Source: an uncultured Methanosarcinaceae archaeon (GTDB lineage Archaea > Halobacteriota > Methanosarcinia > Methanosarcinales > Methanosarcinaceae). From it: a DNA stretch of 64,000 nucleotides. This document shows, one piece after another, positions 20,851-31,105 of the stretch. Location of the stretch: contig CAWHXP010000003.1 in assembly GCA_963833425.1 (NCBI GenBank), positions 160,001-224,000 on the forward strand, written 5' to 3'. The translations under genes and the position numbers were made by a program. Under the pieces are notes generated by a model, which made no database searches, was not told where the DNA came from, and saw only the letters and a program-made list of their open reading frames with translations. Each line of letters begins with the position of its first letter. The stretch's first letter is position 1.

Positions 20851-21833
20851 TTATACCAGATAGCGGCCACTTGGCTCTGGTACTTTTGCTGGCAACAACT
20901 ATAGACATCGTTTTTGGAGAACCTCCGGCTGCTGTGCACCCGGTTGTATGGATGGGAAAATTAATTAATTTTCTTAAAAATATAGCTCCAAAAATCCACA
21001 GAAAATTTTATGGAATTATAATGGCTCTCTGTTGTGTTTTTTTCGCAGCTTCACTTGGTTATTTGGTTCTATACATTGCAGCTCTCCCTGGAATTCCAAG
21101 TATTATTGCACTCTTTATAGAAGCTTATTTCTTGAAGGCTACATTTGCCATCAAAAGTCTCCTTAGTCCGGCAAGGGAGATTTACAAGCACCTTGAAGAA
21201 AACAGGCTTGAAAAAGTCCGGGAACTACTCCCTATATACGTAAGCCGGAACACTTCCAAACTGACCAAGACCCAGATGTCTTCTGCAGTTATCGAATCCG
21301 TATCCGAGAATTACGTAGACTGCATCTTGAGCCCCATTTTATATTATGTTCTTTTCGGAGAATTCGGACTTGTCGCTGCATATGCATTCAAAGCTATAAG
21401 TACCCTAGATTCCATGGTTGGATATACTACCAAACAGTATAAGGAACTTGGGTACTTCTCGGCAAAATCAGATGATGCATTGAATTGGATTCCGGCTCGA
21501 ATATCTGTTATATTTATTCTTGCAGCAGCTCTTATAGTAGCTATAATCCCGAAAAAGCAAGGAAAGATAAACCCCTTTAATAGTATCAGGAGTGTCCTGG
21601 AAGATGGCATGAAAACCCCGTCTCCTAATTCCGGTTACCCTATGGCTGCGACTGCAGGAGCTCTCGGAGTCAAACTCGAAAAACCTGATCATTACATTTT
21701 GGGAGCATTATACCCTCCCACTGAAATAAAGGATATAAAAAGAGTATCCCAATTAATAGCAATTGCTTCAGGATTCTCACTTGCTGCCTTTATGGCAGTA
21801 ATTCAGATAGCAGAGATTCATTCATGCCTATAA
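20847..21833 (+). CDS. cbiB: Adenosylcobinamide-phosphate synthase CbiB
   Basis: GEPP..HPVVWMG, ESVSEN.VD, TLDSMVGY, NWIPAR, SPNSGYPMA. Confidence 0.93.
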   Translation: MIIPDSGHLALVLLLATTIDIVFGEPPAAVHPVVWMGKLINFLKNIAPKIHRKFYGIIMALCCVFFAASLGYLVLYIAALPGIPSIIALFIEAYFLKATFAIKSLLSPAREIYKHLEENRLEKVRELLPIYVSRNTSKLTKTQMSSAVIESVSENYVDCILSPILYYVLFGEFGLVAAYAFKAISTLDSMVGYTTKQYKELGYFSAKSDDALNWIPARISVIFILAAALIVAIIPKKQGKINPFNSIRSVLEDGMKTPSPNSGYPMAATAGALGVKLEKPDHYILGALYPPTEIKDIKRVSQLIAIASGFSLAAFMAVIQIAEIHSCL

Positions 21834-22200
21834 TTCCTTCTTTATTTTGTCAGAGCCGAGTGTTGTCACGATATGGATTTTGTGCCGAAATAAAATTTTG
21901 AGAAAAGCGGAGCAAGCCGAAGAACGCTAATCTACCAGAAGCATTAAAATCCATCCATAAACAATAAATTCACTACTATAGATGTATACAAAAGTGCCAT
22001 CCATTTTCTCAATATGACAATTAGCTTCAAAATTAATCTGACTTTCAATGAATATATGGTAGGCAAATAGGCAAACAAATTCTACATCTGTGTATAATAT
22101 GCAGAATGTAGGATAAATCAGAATGAAGTTAAACTCGATTTATAGAATCAATAACTTACTAAAGTTTACCTAGGCAGGATAAAAATCACAATGTGATCTT

Positions 22201-22764
22201 ATGAAGTTATCAGATATTGATGAAAGGAACCTGAAAAAAGAGAAGTCTGAAAAAGTAGAGGGTAGAGCTATAATTGATATACTCGATGTCCTTTCTGAAG
22301 AGGGTATCAGTATCCAGGATCTTGTAGATACTGCTCTCGAAATGTATATCCCACATCCTGGGCTTGAAACAAGGGAAAAAGCTGAATATTTATTTAAAAG
22401 AGAACTCAAATATGCTCTTTCGGACCCAAATCTATGTATTTTGATTTATTCAGGGATTCTGCTTGAGAGGGAAGGCAGGATAGGAAATCTTCCGAATATT
22501 AGTAAAAATTCCTATGAAAAAGACATGAGTTTCATAATTGCAGACGAAGTTCTTGGAACAAGTATTGCAACCTACATCAGTGGCTCCAAAGGAGCATTCG
22601 AGTTTGTAAGGTACGACAAACAAAAGCCAGGAATTCTTTCAAACCTGGGACCATTTATTGATGATGTGATAGGGGGTCTTATAGGGGGGGTATCCTCCAG
22701 TATGTATTCAAGAGGTCTGGCAGAATTCGGAAAGAAAAATTGGGAATCAGGCGAAGCCCTATGA
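22201..22764 (+). CDS. cobZ: Alpha-ribazole phosphatase CobZ (Methanosarcina type)
   Basis: [42 protein letters not shown]; position between cbiB and cobS. Confidence 0.85.
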   Translation: MKLSDIDERNLKKEKSEKVEGRAIIDILDVLSEEGISIQDLVDTALEMYIPHPGLETREKAEYLFKRELKYALSDPNLCILIYSGILLEREGRIGNLPNISKNSYEKDMSFIIADEVLGTSIATYISGSKGAFEFVRYDKQKPGILSNLGPFIDDVIGGLIGGVSSSMYSRGLAEFGKKNWESGEAL

Positions 22765-23561
22765 ATTCATTTTTACTTGCTTTTAAATCAAGTTTGGGGT
22801 TCCTGTCCACTATTCCTGTGGGAATCAGTATGGAGGGGATTAATGAGCTTATGGGGAAAATATATTTATACCCCATTGCAGGAGCAGTGCTTGGTTTTCT
22901 CATAGGAACAGTAGCATACGTAGGGCAGATAATTATTCCGGGAGCTATTCTTGCAGCCCTTATCATGGGATTCATATATTATATAACGGGTTTTAATCAT
23001 CTTGACGGAGTCACTGATATAGGTGACGGTTTTATGGCTCACGGGTCACTTGAAAAAAAAATAAAGGCTTTGAAGGACACGAACCTCGGAACTGGGGGAG
23101 TTTCCTTCTGCATTCTGCTGTTACTTACTTTGTACGGTTCGATAAGAGCAATCCAAGAAGAAGGTTCAGTTGTCGGATATAAACTCCCAACGTTGATGTT
23201 CGCATCAATGTTTATCGCAGAGGTTAGTGCAAAGCAATCCATGCTTACAATCGCTGCTTTTGGAAAGCCTATACCTCTCCAGGGAAACAAGGCTTATCCG
23301 AGCCTTGGAACAATGACTATAAACGGAGCAACCAAACAAAATTTCCTTATAGGACTTGTGTTCGGAGCTATTTTGTGTTCTCTGCCTTTTGGGTGGATAG
23401 GTCTATTCCCCTATCTGGGGGCATGTGTCTCTGCTCTGGCAATTCTTAACAGGAGCTATGCCCATTTTGGCGGTTTAAACGGAGACGGGATAGGTGTTGC
23501 TAACGAAATAGGTAGGGTGACTGCCCTGAGTATTATCGCAGTTATCCTGAAATTTCATTAA
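22761..23561 (+). CDS. cobS: Adenosylcobinamide-GDP ribazoletransferase (cobalamin synthase)
   Basis: Likely ATG 22761 overlapping the cobZ stop; [35 protein letters not shown]. Confidence 0.93.
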   Translation: MNSFLLAFKSSLGFLSTIPVGISMEGINELMGKIYLYPIAGAVLGFLIGTVAYVGQIIIPGAILAALIMGFIYYITGFNHLDGVTDIGDGFMAHGSLEKKIKALKDTNLGTGGVSFCILLLLTLYGSIRAIQEEGSVVGYKLPTLMFASMFIAEVSAKQSMLTIAAFGKPIPLQGNKAYPSLGTMTINGATKQNFLIGLVFGAILCSLPFGWIGLFPYLGACVSALAILNRSYAHFGGLNGDGIGVANEIGRVTALSIIAVILKFH

Positions 23562-23583
23562 ATAGATACATGAGAGATTTGGA

Positions 23584-24195
23584 ATGGATGCTATTGTAAT
23601 GGCAGGAGGATTGGGACAACGGCTTGGAATGGGGGAAAAACCGTGTGTTGAATTACTTGGAAAACCACTCATAAGCTATGTGATAGATACCCTCATAACC
23701 ACAAAGAATATAGATCGTGTCTTTGTAGCAGTATCTCCTGCAACCCCTAAGACCGAAATTATGATTCAGGAATATTATAAAGGAGAAATTCAAGTAATCA
23801 GGACCTTTGGAGGGAACTACGTAGGGGATATGATTTATGCAGTAGAAATTTCGCAAACAACTGGTTCAGTAATGATTATTATGTCAGATCTTCCCCTGAT
23901 AGATTCAGAGCTTATAGATTCGATAATTGAGAAATACTGGGAAGCAGAAAAACCGGCACTTTCAGTATATGTCCCAATAAATATCTGCAAGGGAGCTGGA
24001 ATCAGGCCTGGAACGGTTTTCAACAAGGACGGCAAACTAATTGTACCTACCGGGATTAATATTCTGGACAGTTCTCAAATCAGAAACGAACAGGAAGACT
24101 TTAATCTTATACTTGAGGATCCCAAATTAGCAACAAACGTGAATACTGTACAAGACCTCCAACGCTGCAGGAATTTACTGCAGTGCAAAAACTAA
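23584..24195 (+). CDS. cobY: Adenosylcobinamide-phosphate guanylyltransferase
   Basis: MAGGLGQRLGMGEKP, SDLP, PTGINI, NVNT..DL; end of cob cluster. Confidence 0.9.
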   Translation: MDAIVMAGGLGQRLGMGEKPCVELLGKPLISYVIDTLITTKNIDRVFVAVSPATPKTEIMIQEYYKGEIQVIRTFGGNYVGDMIYAVEISQTTGSVMIIMSDLPLIDSELIDSIIEKYWEAEKPALSVYVPINICKGAGIRPGTVFNKDGKLIVPTGINILDSSQIRNEQEDFNLILEDPKLATNVNTVQDLQRCRNLLQCKN

Positions 24196-24499
24196 AATTT
24201 GCTAGAAATATCATGTATTCTATCTTTTAAAAACCTAAAATTCAAAATCTGTTTCATGATCAACAAATCTCCCACTAAATAATGGATCTATTTGGGAATC
24301 GAAGCACTATTTTTGGGAAGGCTCGGAAATTAAGAGCTTTAAAGTATTTTGTTGCATTTTGTCATGGAAATTTAATCATTGAACATGGTACTTGGATAGT
24401 TCTTCGTTAGCATAAGGGGTTCACAGCTTATTTAGGTGGTCCATGATTAAATTTTTAGGACACGTTAATATCTTAATCCGTTTCTAAAGTGATCTCAAT

Positions 24500-25189
24500 C
24501 TAAGAGGGAAAGATGTAAGCTATATTCATTGGAACATAATTCCACAACCTCCATGTGCCATCGCCTTGCCAGTCGAGGACTCGTCCATCGTGCATAGGGA
24601 CTAGGGTATGCCCAGCTACAATAGACTCCCACTTCCCCTTTCGGGGACACTTATATGGCGGTGGACCACTTGGACTGACCGACATGATCTTAAGTAGATT
24701 TCGATAGGTATTCAACACCTGACTAGTCTGAGTATAATCTGGGTCATAAACAACGGATACACCTAACGACCTGGTAAAGACCGAAGCATTGGTCGGAATC
24801 GGTACTGCTGTAGGGTCTCCCTACGCTCCTTTCCAGGCTATTTCAGTCACAGGAACGTTGAAAATCGAGGGATCGATTACCAGGATACCTGATCCGGGCA
24901 CCTGCACAGTCGGCGCCACATGCCACCCCCAAGAAACTATACAGTTTGGGTTGTTAATGGTTGGGGTATTCAGGTCACCGTAGATCCATACCTTATCAGG
25001 CTCGACACCCGCTGCAATCATCAGCCTGCACATCTCATGAGCTCGTACCCAGCATCCATCGTCAGGGTACATAAAAGGAATACATGGCGCTGCCGCGCTG
25101 GCAGGACTGCAGGTCTTGGTGCTGACTAAGTCAAAAAGCTCTTGAACCTTTTGTGGTGATATCGAGACTAATTTTGAGGCTTCACTCAC
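24500..25189 (-). CDS. Protein-glutaminase catalytic domain plus C-terminal Trp-rich unit, interrupted by an in-frame TAG at 24821-24823
   Basis: IPFMYPDDGCWVRAHEM, WGWHVAP, VIDPS (Cys-His-Asp triad). ORFs 24821-25189 and 24500-24718 share one frame separated only by TAG. May be a pseudogene. Confidence 0.75.
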
Positions 25190-25697
25190 CGGCTTGGCGC
25201 ATCACCTCAGCCAGTGCCATAGGATTTGGGTTGGGCTTGATATCTATGATATCATGAGTGTTTAGTGCCTCTGTAACCAGTACATCCTTATCTTCATCCT
25301 TTGCTTTTTTCAAGGCATCCGATAACTTCTGGAAATCCGGGTTTGACCGCTTTATATAGTGCTTGGCATGAGAGACTATCAGCTCTACTTCGAAATCAGC
25401 ATTTTCTAAAGGTGTGACGATCCCTACTTTCACGGACAGCGGAACTAACACTTCTGTTATAACATTAGTTTGAGGATCGATCTCCACATAGACGGCCTGG
25501 TTTGAATGGCTTATGTTGTCAAGTACCTCCTTCCATACGAACGATCTGTGATCTTTCAACTCTAGGTTACCGGATCCTCCACCCTTAAAATTCACCTCAA
25601 TAACCTCAACTGACGGCTTTCCTGGCAATGCGGCTGCGGCTTCATTCGGTGAAGAAATGCCCCTCACCCCGTCCACAACCACATTTGGCTTTGCCAT
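25182..25697 (-). CDS. N-terminal (pro-)region of the protein-glutaminase, frameshifted or split
   Basis: MAKPNVVVDGV...AVYVEIDPQTNVITEVLVP...VELIVSHAKHYI; overlaps the catalytic ORF by 8 nt in a different frame. Confidence 0.6.
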   Translation of the reverse strand: MAKPNVVVDGVRGISSPNEAAAALPGKPSVEVIEVNFKGGGSGNLELKDHRSFVWKEVLDNISHSNQAVYVEIDPQTNVITEVLVPLSVKVGIVTPLENADFEVELIVSHAKHYIKRSNPDFQKLSDALKKAKDEDKDVLVTEALNTHDIIDIKPNPNPMALAEVMRQAGE

Positions 25698-25944
25698 CTT
25701 TTCCATTCTTTATGCCCCCTCAAATTGGATCTTCGATTCAAGACTTATTCAAACATTTTATCCAAAATACTTAGCAAGATGTCATTCTGTATTATTTTGT
25801 TGTGTTCATGAGTTATTGATTAAATTTGACAAAGAGAGTAGACTCACATTATTTGTCCAGGTTGAGATGTTCTTTTTGGTTTGTGGTTTTCAGTAACTTG
25901 CTCCACGATCCGTAAGTTTCATCTCCTTTAAGTGCTTTCGTTTA

Positions 25945-26055
25945 GGACTTAAGCACTTGAGGTGCAAAAACAAGTACAATAAACATCCCGATTTAAATCA
26001 ACAATTAACCGGTAAAGGTTCAATGCTATCTATTATTTAGTAAATTGTTAAGTCC
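25945..26055. mobile_element. ~111-bp MITE with TA target duplication
   Basis: TA|GGACTTAAGCA ... TTGTTAAGTCC|TA; related to 39287-39400. Confidence 0.55.
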
Positions 26056-26465
26056 TACTATAATCTGTATTTATGTAATGATCAATAATGAAAAACCAAT
26101 ATATATCTATGACGACAGGTTATAACACTACGCGAATAAATTTGGAAACTTTTATTATCTTCATGCCTTCGATTTTTACTTGAAACGAACATGAAATTCT
26201 TCGAATAACAGGCACAAAAAATGAAAGTACTTTTTAGAGCCATATGTATCATTCATTTTAGGTAATCACGAGTAAAGACCTAAAACAGCTTCTTTAGATC
26301 GGTTTTGATTGTGTGATACAAAAGTTTCATCATGGTTCATGACATATTTTAAAATATAAATGCCCTCTAAACTATTCTTTGCAATTAAAGTAACGTACTG
26401 CAAAATAAGATAGTTAGCAAATCTGCAAAAGAATAAGATCCTGATTTTTTAAGAGGTGTGTAGAA

Positions 26466-26954
26466 GTGTATCAGGAAACTAAAAAGCAAATTGAAGACTT
26501 GATTTCCGAATCCGATATCCTGATGGAATCTTTGCGTAAATTTTTATATTTAGTACCCATTCAGTACGACCCTTTCCTTAGCTTTGGGCCCTTTAGCATA
26601 TCTGACCTGCCTAAAATGTGGGATTATGACCTTGAAGTCAATACCAACCCTTATGATGGGGAGCCAATTCCTCTACATTATAGGTGGTTTAAATTGACTA
26701 ACGACCAGTTTATTGAGCAAGATGAACTATTTAGAAGATACATAACCTGGGCTGCGTCCGCCAGAAACCTAATTGAGAAATTTTTGCCTGAAAAATTGGC
26801 TTTTTTTGATGAAAAGTCCGAAATCGTTAGAAAATGGATCGAAATGAGCGAACCTTTACCTTCGGATGACAGTGCAGAAATGTTTTTTAGATTTAGAAAA
26901 CACTTTGTAAGCCAGCAAACTATTGTTTCCGCTTTATTGAAGCAAATTAAATAA
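26466..26954 (+). CDS. Hypothetical protein (162 aa)
   Basis: GAGGTG RBS before GTG; intact ORF with protein-like composition; no motif recognised. Confidence 0.65.
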   Translation: MYQETKKQIEDLISESDILMESLRKFLYLVPIQYDPFLSFGPFSISDLPKMWDYDLEVNTNPYDGEPIPLHYRWFKLTNDQFIEQDELFRRYITWAASARNLIEKFLPEKLAFFDEKSEIVRKWIEMSEPLPSDDSAEMFFRFRKHFVSQQTIVSALLKQIK

Positions 26955-27884
26955 TAAATATTTTTCAAACTAAAATAACGAATGAGCTCCTTGCAGAAAA
27001 TGTCAGTCTTGCTTTATCGATAGATTAAACTAGGATCTATTTTCAAAAATGATTGGAGTCGTATTAATTGGGGTGACTGTTTTCTATTAAAGTGAAAACC
27101 TATCAACGGAATTACGTCTCCAATCGAGCTGTTCTGAATCGGCCCACCTATAAGAAATGAAACTTGTTCTTTCTCGTTCAATTCAACCCAAATTTAAAAG
27201 GAACATACATTTTAGAATGTATGAATAGCTTCATGCTTCTGTTTTGGGATCCTATTGTGGAAATAAGTCAACATTTATACTAATTTATAATTAAATATCT
27301 GTTGGGTTAGAATATGTTAATATGGTATGTTTTTACCAATATATATAGAATGAAACTATTAGATATATTTATGATTAAAATTTCATAATTTTAAAATATT
27401 AATCTAAAAGTCCAAATTTATGAAAAAAGTAAGAGAGAACTAATTCTAAAGTGTTTATATAGGAGTGGGAAATTGATGGTCGAATATCGTTCTTTTGATA
27501 TGAAGCAAAACTCAAGTGGTAGAGACATAATACTTGAAGAATTCAATAAGTTGTTTGAGGATTTCATAGAAAAAGTAATAATGCTCAGGATTTGGAGATT
27601 TTGAAATCCCTGGAACTGGAAAAATTACTTTCAACAATATAGTTATTGCAGAAAGTGGTGCCTACACCTGGAAGCCACACGGACGGTATACATATAACTA
27701 ACTTGATTAGATAGTTGTAACCGTCTTTCGACTAAAGGGACCAGGAAAAGAAGAATTTATAGAAAAGGTCCTTGACTTTGCTTGTAATATTCAATATGGA
27801 AATTTAAGGCTCCAAACTCTTGACTACTTGTTCCGATTCTGGAGGGACAAAAAAAGTAGAATTTATAGAAAAGGCTATTTATTC

Positions 27885-28749
27885 GGTTATGTTGCATAAA
27901 ATCATAATATTGAAGCAAAAATTTAGTTTCACAGCAAAGAACATAAAAAAGCAGAATATTTCTCAGATAACATCTAGATTTAGGCAGCTATTCCGAATAA
28001 CTTATTTAAAAAATTGACTTCAGCGAGAACAAATCGATTTAAAGTGTCAACCTATTTTTTTCTTATCATATGCATGATTTCAATTCCTTTTAAAGTCTTA
28101 CTGGCCGTATAAAAAGAGTGAAAGCTTAACATTGGACGAACTATTCGTTTTATAGATCCATGATTCTGTTCAACAATGTTATTCAAATACTTGATTTGTC
28201 GAAGGCTTACATTTTTAGGTAATATTTTTTCAGCTTTAAGTTCATATATAGCAGGTGGATAGGCTGAATTTTTCTCAACAATCATTACCTTTGGAATTTG
28301 ATTATGATTGTAACTCAAAGCTTTCTTAAATAAACGTTTTGCAGCAATTCTATCACGTTTTTCATTTAGCATAAAATCAACTGTATTTCCAGTTGAATCA
28401 ACTGCAAGATACAGATATTTCCATTCACCTTTTACCTTGATGTAGGTTTAGTCCAGTCTCCAAGAGTCATTGGTCGGTTTTAAATATTTATGTATCTTTT
28501 TTTCAATCTCAGGAGAATACTGATGTACCCATCTCATTAGAGTAGTGTGATCAATTTTTTTCCTCTTTCTGCCGTCATTTCCTTTAAATTTCTATAACTA
28601 ACTGGATATTTTAGATACCACCTTACGTATAAATAGGATAATTTCTCCTTCATAATGTTTCCACTTAAAGGCATTAGATAGCATACTATCATTATCTTGA
28701 TTTTCTCTTTATTTATTGTACATTTATGATGAATTTTTGCAACATAACC
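27885..28749 (-). mobile_element. IS6-family element, transposase disrupted
   Basis: TIRs GGTTATGTTGCATAAA / TTTTTGCAACATAACC; KYLNNIVEQNH, YLAVDSTGNTVDF; TAA inside the DETY motif plus frameshift. Confidence 0.92.
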
Positions 28750-29091
28750 CTTTTTTGCATTTACTGTGCATCAATCGACCAAATACTCTCCATTCCTTTA
28801 AATGTTGGAGCGTCCAAGTTTTCAAACAGTAGGAAGAATAAATAGAAATTTTCAAAAGTATTAGAACTCATGTACTTGAGGTATAGAATCAAGGCTAAAG
28901 GGACTAAATGAGATAGTATGCCAGCTTAATGACTGGCTTCAAAAAAGACTGTAATCATGCAATTTTCATCTATTTTACTCACAAAATTGATGTGTTTCCC
29001 CCTTCAAAATCGAGGTTATTGTGATCTTCTTTTGCTTTTGACCATTCAATAAATCATATTTATTTGTGAGAAGTTAATTCGTTGAATTAAT

Positions 29092-30201
29092 TTAAATTTT
29101 AACTAAATTATAATCCCGGCTTCCAAGCCCGATTTTTTCTCCATACTTAAGTTGGTGAGTTCCATCTACCATAGGCCAAATGCCCCTGAATTTATCTGCC
29201 CCTTTTTCAAGGTTCGAATGTAGAGAGGAATTGGCAAGCCCTTTCTGCTTGTTCACAAGATCGTAGCTTGCCTGATCAAGGGCAACTGGGTCTTTCGAGG
29301 CAAGGATCCCTACATCTGGAACAATAGAGGCATCACTCCAGGGCACACAATCACAGTCAGGAGTAATCCTAAGAAGGAAGTTGATATAACCTACTCTACC
29401 CTTTTTTCCTTTTACAGCACCATATGCATATTCTGTAAGGCATTCAAGGAATTTCGAGATATCGTGTTCCCAGTCTATGTCGATGGCATTTACAGGGCAT
29501 GCTTCCATGCACTGTCCACAGCTGATACAGATATTAGGTTCGATCCTCGAAACATCCTCTAAAAGTGACGCAGCTCCGACAGGACACACCTCGACGCATT
29601 TTCCACAAGCTATACATTTTTCTTCAACAATATGTGGACTTGTACTTAGGTGCTGGTCCTTCTTGCCAGCCGTAGGGGCACAGCCCATTGCCAGATTCTT
29701 AATAGCTCCTCCAAAGCCGGCTACAATGTGACCTTTAAAGTGTGACACTACAATCATGGAATCTGCTGCAACAATGTCTGCACCTATCTTTACTGACTTA
29801 AAATTTTTTTGTCCGATCTCAATTTCTAATATATTTTGGCTCTTCAAACCATCCGAGATAATAAGCGGAGCCCTGACAACGGAATAATCAAAACCATGTT
29901 CTATTGCTGTTGTCAGGTGATCAACTGCGTTATGTCGGCTTCCGGAGTACAAGGTATTCGTATCTGTGATAAATGGCTTTGATCCGGCTGCCCTAATCAT
30001 TTCTACGATCTGCCTGACAAAAACAGGATTAATGTATCCATCATTTCCATACTCTCCAAAATGGATTTTGATCGCAGTTAGGTCATCTACGCCCAGAAGC
30101 TCGACAAAACCTGCCTTCTCAAAGAGCTTCTGAATTTTGCTTACCGTATTTTCCTGAGGATTTTTTGCCCTAAAATCTGTGAAATAGACATTACTTGTCG
30201 T
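29092..30201 (-). CDS. DUF362-domain 4Fe-4S protein (apparent ACG start)
   Basis: Frame open upstream of the listed ATG to ACG 30201 after GGAGG; TAIKIHFGE.GN, SHFKGH..AGFGGAIKNLAMGC, two CxxCxxCxxxCP motifs, TPDCDC. Confidence 0.88.
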   Translation of the reverse strand, partial: TTSNVYFTDFRAKNPQENTVSKIQKLFEKAGFVELLGVDDLTAIKIHFGEYGNDGYINPVFVRQIVEMIRAAGSKPFITDTNTLYSGSRHNAVDHLTTAIEHGFDYSVVRAPLIISDGLKSQNILEIEIGQKNFKSVKIGADIVAADSMIVVSHFKGHIVAGFGGAIKNLAMGCAPTAGKKDQHLSTSPHIVEEKCIACGKCVEVCPVGAASLLEDVSRIEPNICISCGQCMEACPVNAIDIDWEHDISKFLECLTEYAYGAVKGKKGRVGYINFLLRITPDCDCVPWSDASIVPDVGILASKDPVALDQASYDLVNKQKGLANSSLHSNLEKGADKFRGIWPMVDGTHQLKYGEKIGLGSRDYNLVKI

Positions 30202-31105
30202 TTGAGTCCCTCCTTGCGAGATCTAATTGAGTTAATGCATTATCCATAATAACAACATAGTTGAGAAAGTATTTTTTATTTTTTGTATTGCGCTACGGAC
30301 GGTAATTCTCAGAGAAAGACTGATTTATCAAGCTAGATAGTTATTCCAAAAGTGATATAGAGTATTGTTAATGTGCCCTACAGTTTTAAATTGACCTATT
30401 AAGCTGATCAAAAAGTTAATATAGTTATTAATATAAAATTTTTCTATAAACTAAATGTGCTTGATATATCATTCAGTTTGCTTCGATTCACAAATTTATT
30501 TTATCGATCTATAGGGGTATACAACTATATATAAAAATATATTAACTCTTATTATTAAAGCCATATTTAAATAATTATCTTGAAAATCGTTATGAAATAA
30601 ATACTTTATTTTGAGCAAAACATCTGTTTCCTATTCAATTCAGGATTAAGTATAGCTAGATATGAAGGTAATGATTCATAATTCTGGAAGAACAATGTAA
30701 CCTACGTTTGATAGATTCTGTGAATTGATATAGGATTTTATTACCACAGACGCATTTACCGTACAATGTTTTAGAAAAAATGAAAAAAATAAGAAAAACT
30801 TATTCACGATATCACTTTGAATCGTAAGAAGAAAATAGAAGCTGAACTTATCTATACATTAAGCTGTATATGCTTATTTCAAGATTATGGATAAATGAAT
30901 TTTCAGTTTGGAAAGATCTTTACTTAGCAATGCTTAGTGAATTTCACTTTTCTTGCTTATAGATGTCTTGGAAATACACTTTCTAAATAATAGTATAAGA
31001 ATTATTATTTTCAATTTACAATTTATGATTTGTAATTTAGATGAAACAAATCTAAATTGCGTTATATGATTATCGTTAACATTATAAATATACGGAGTCA
31101 CTAAT

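Noticed and set aside
27470..28017. Coding-like fragments with a 17-bp direct repeat AGAATTTATAGAAAAGG
   Set aside because: Broken frames with no recognisable family; ORF 27820-28017 runs into the IS6 end.
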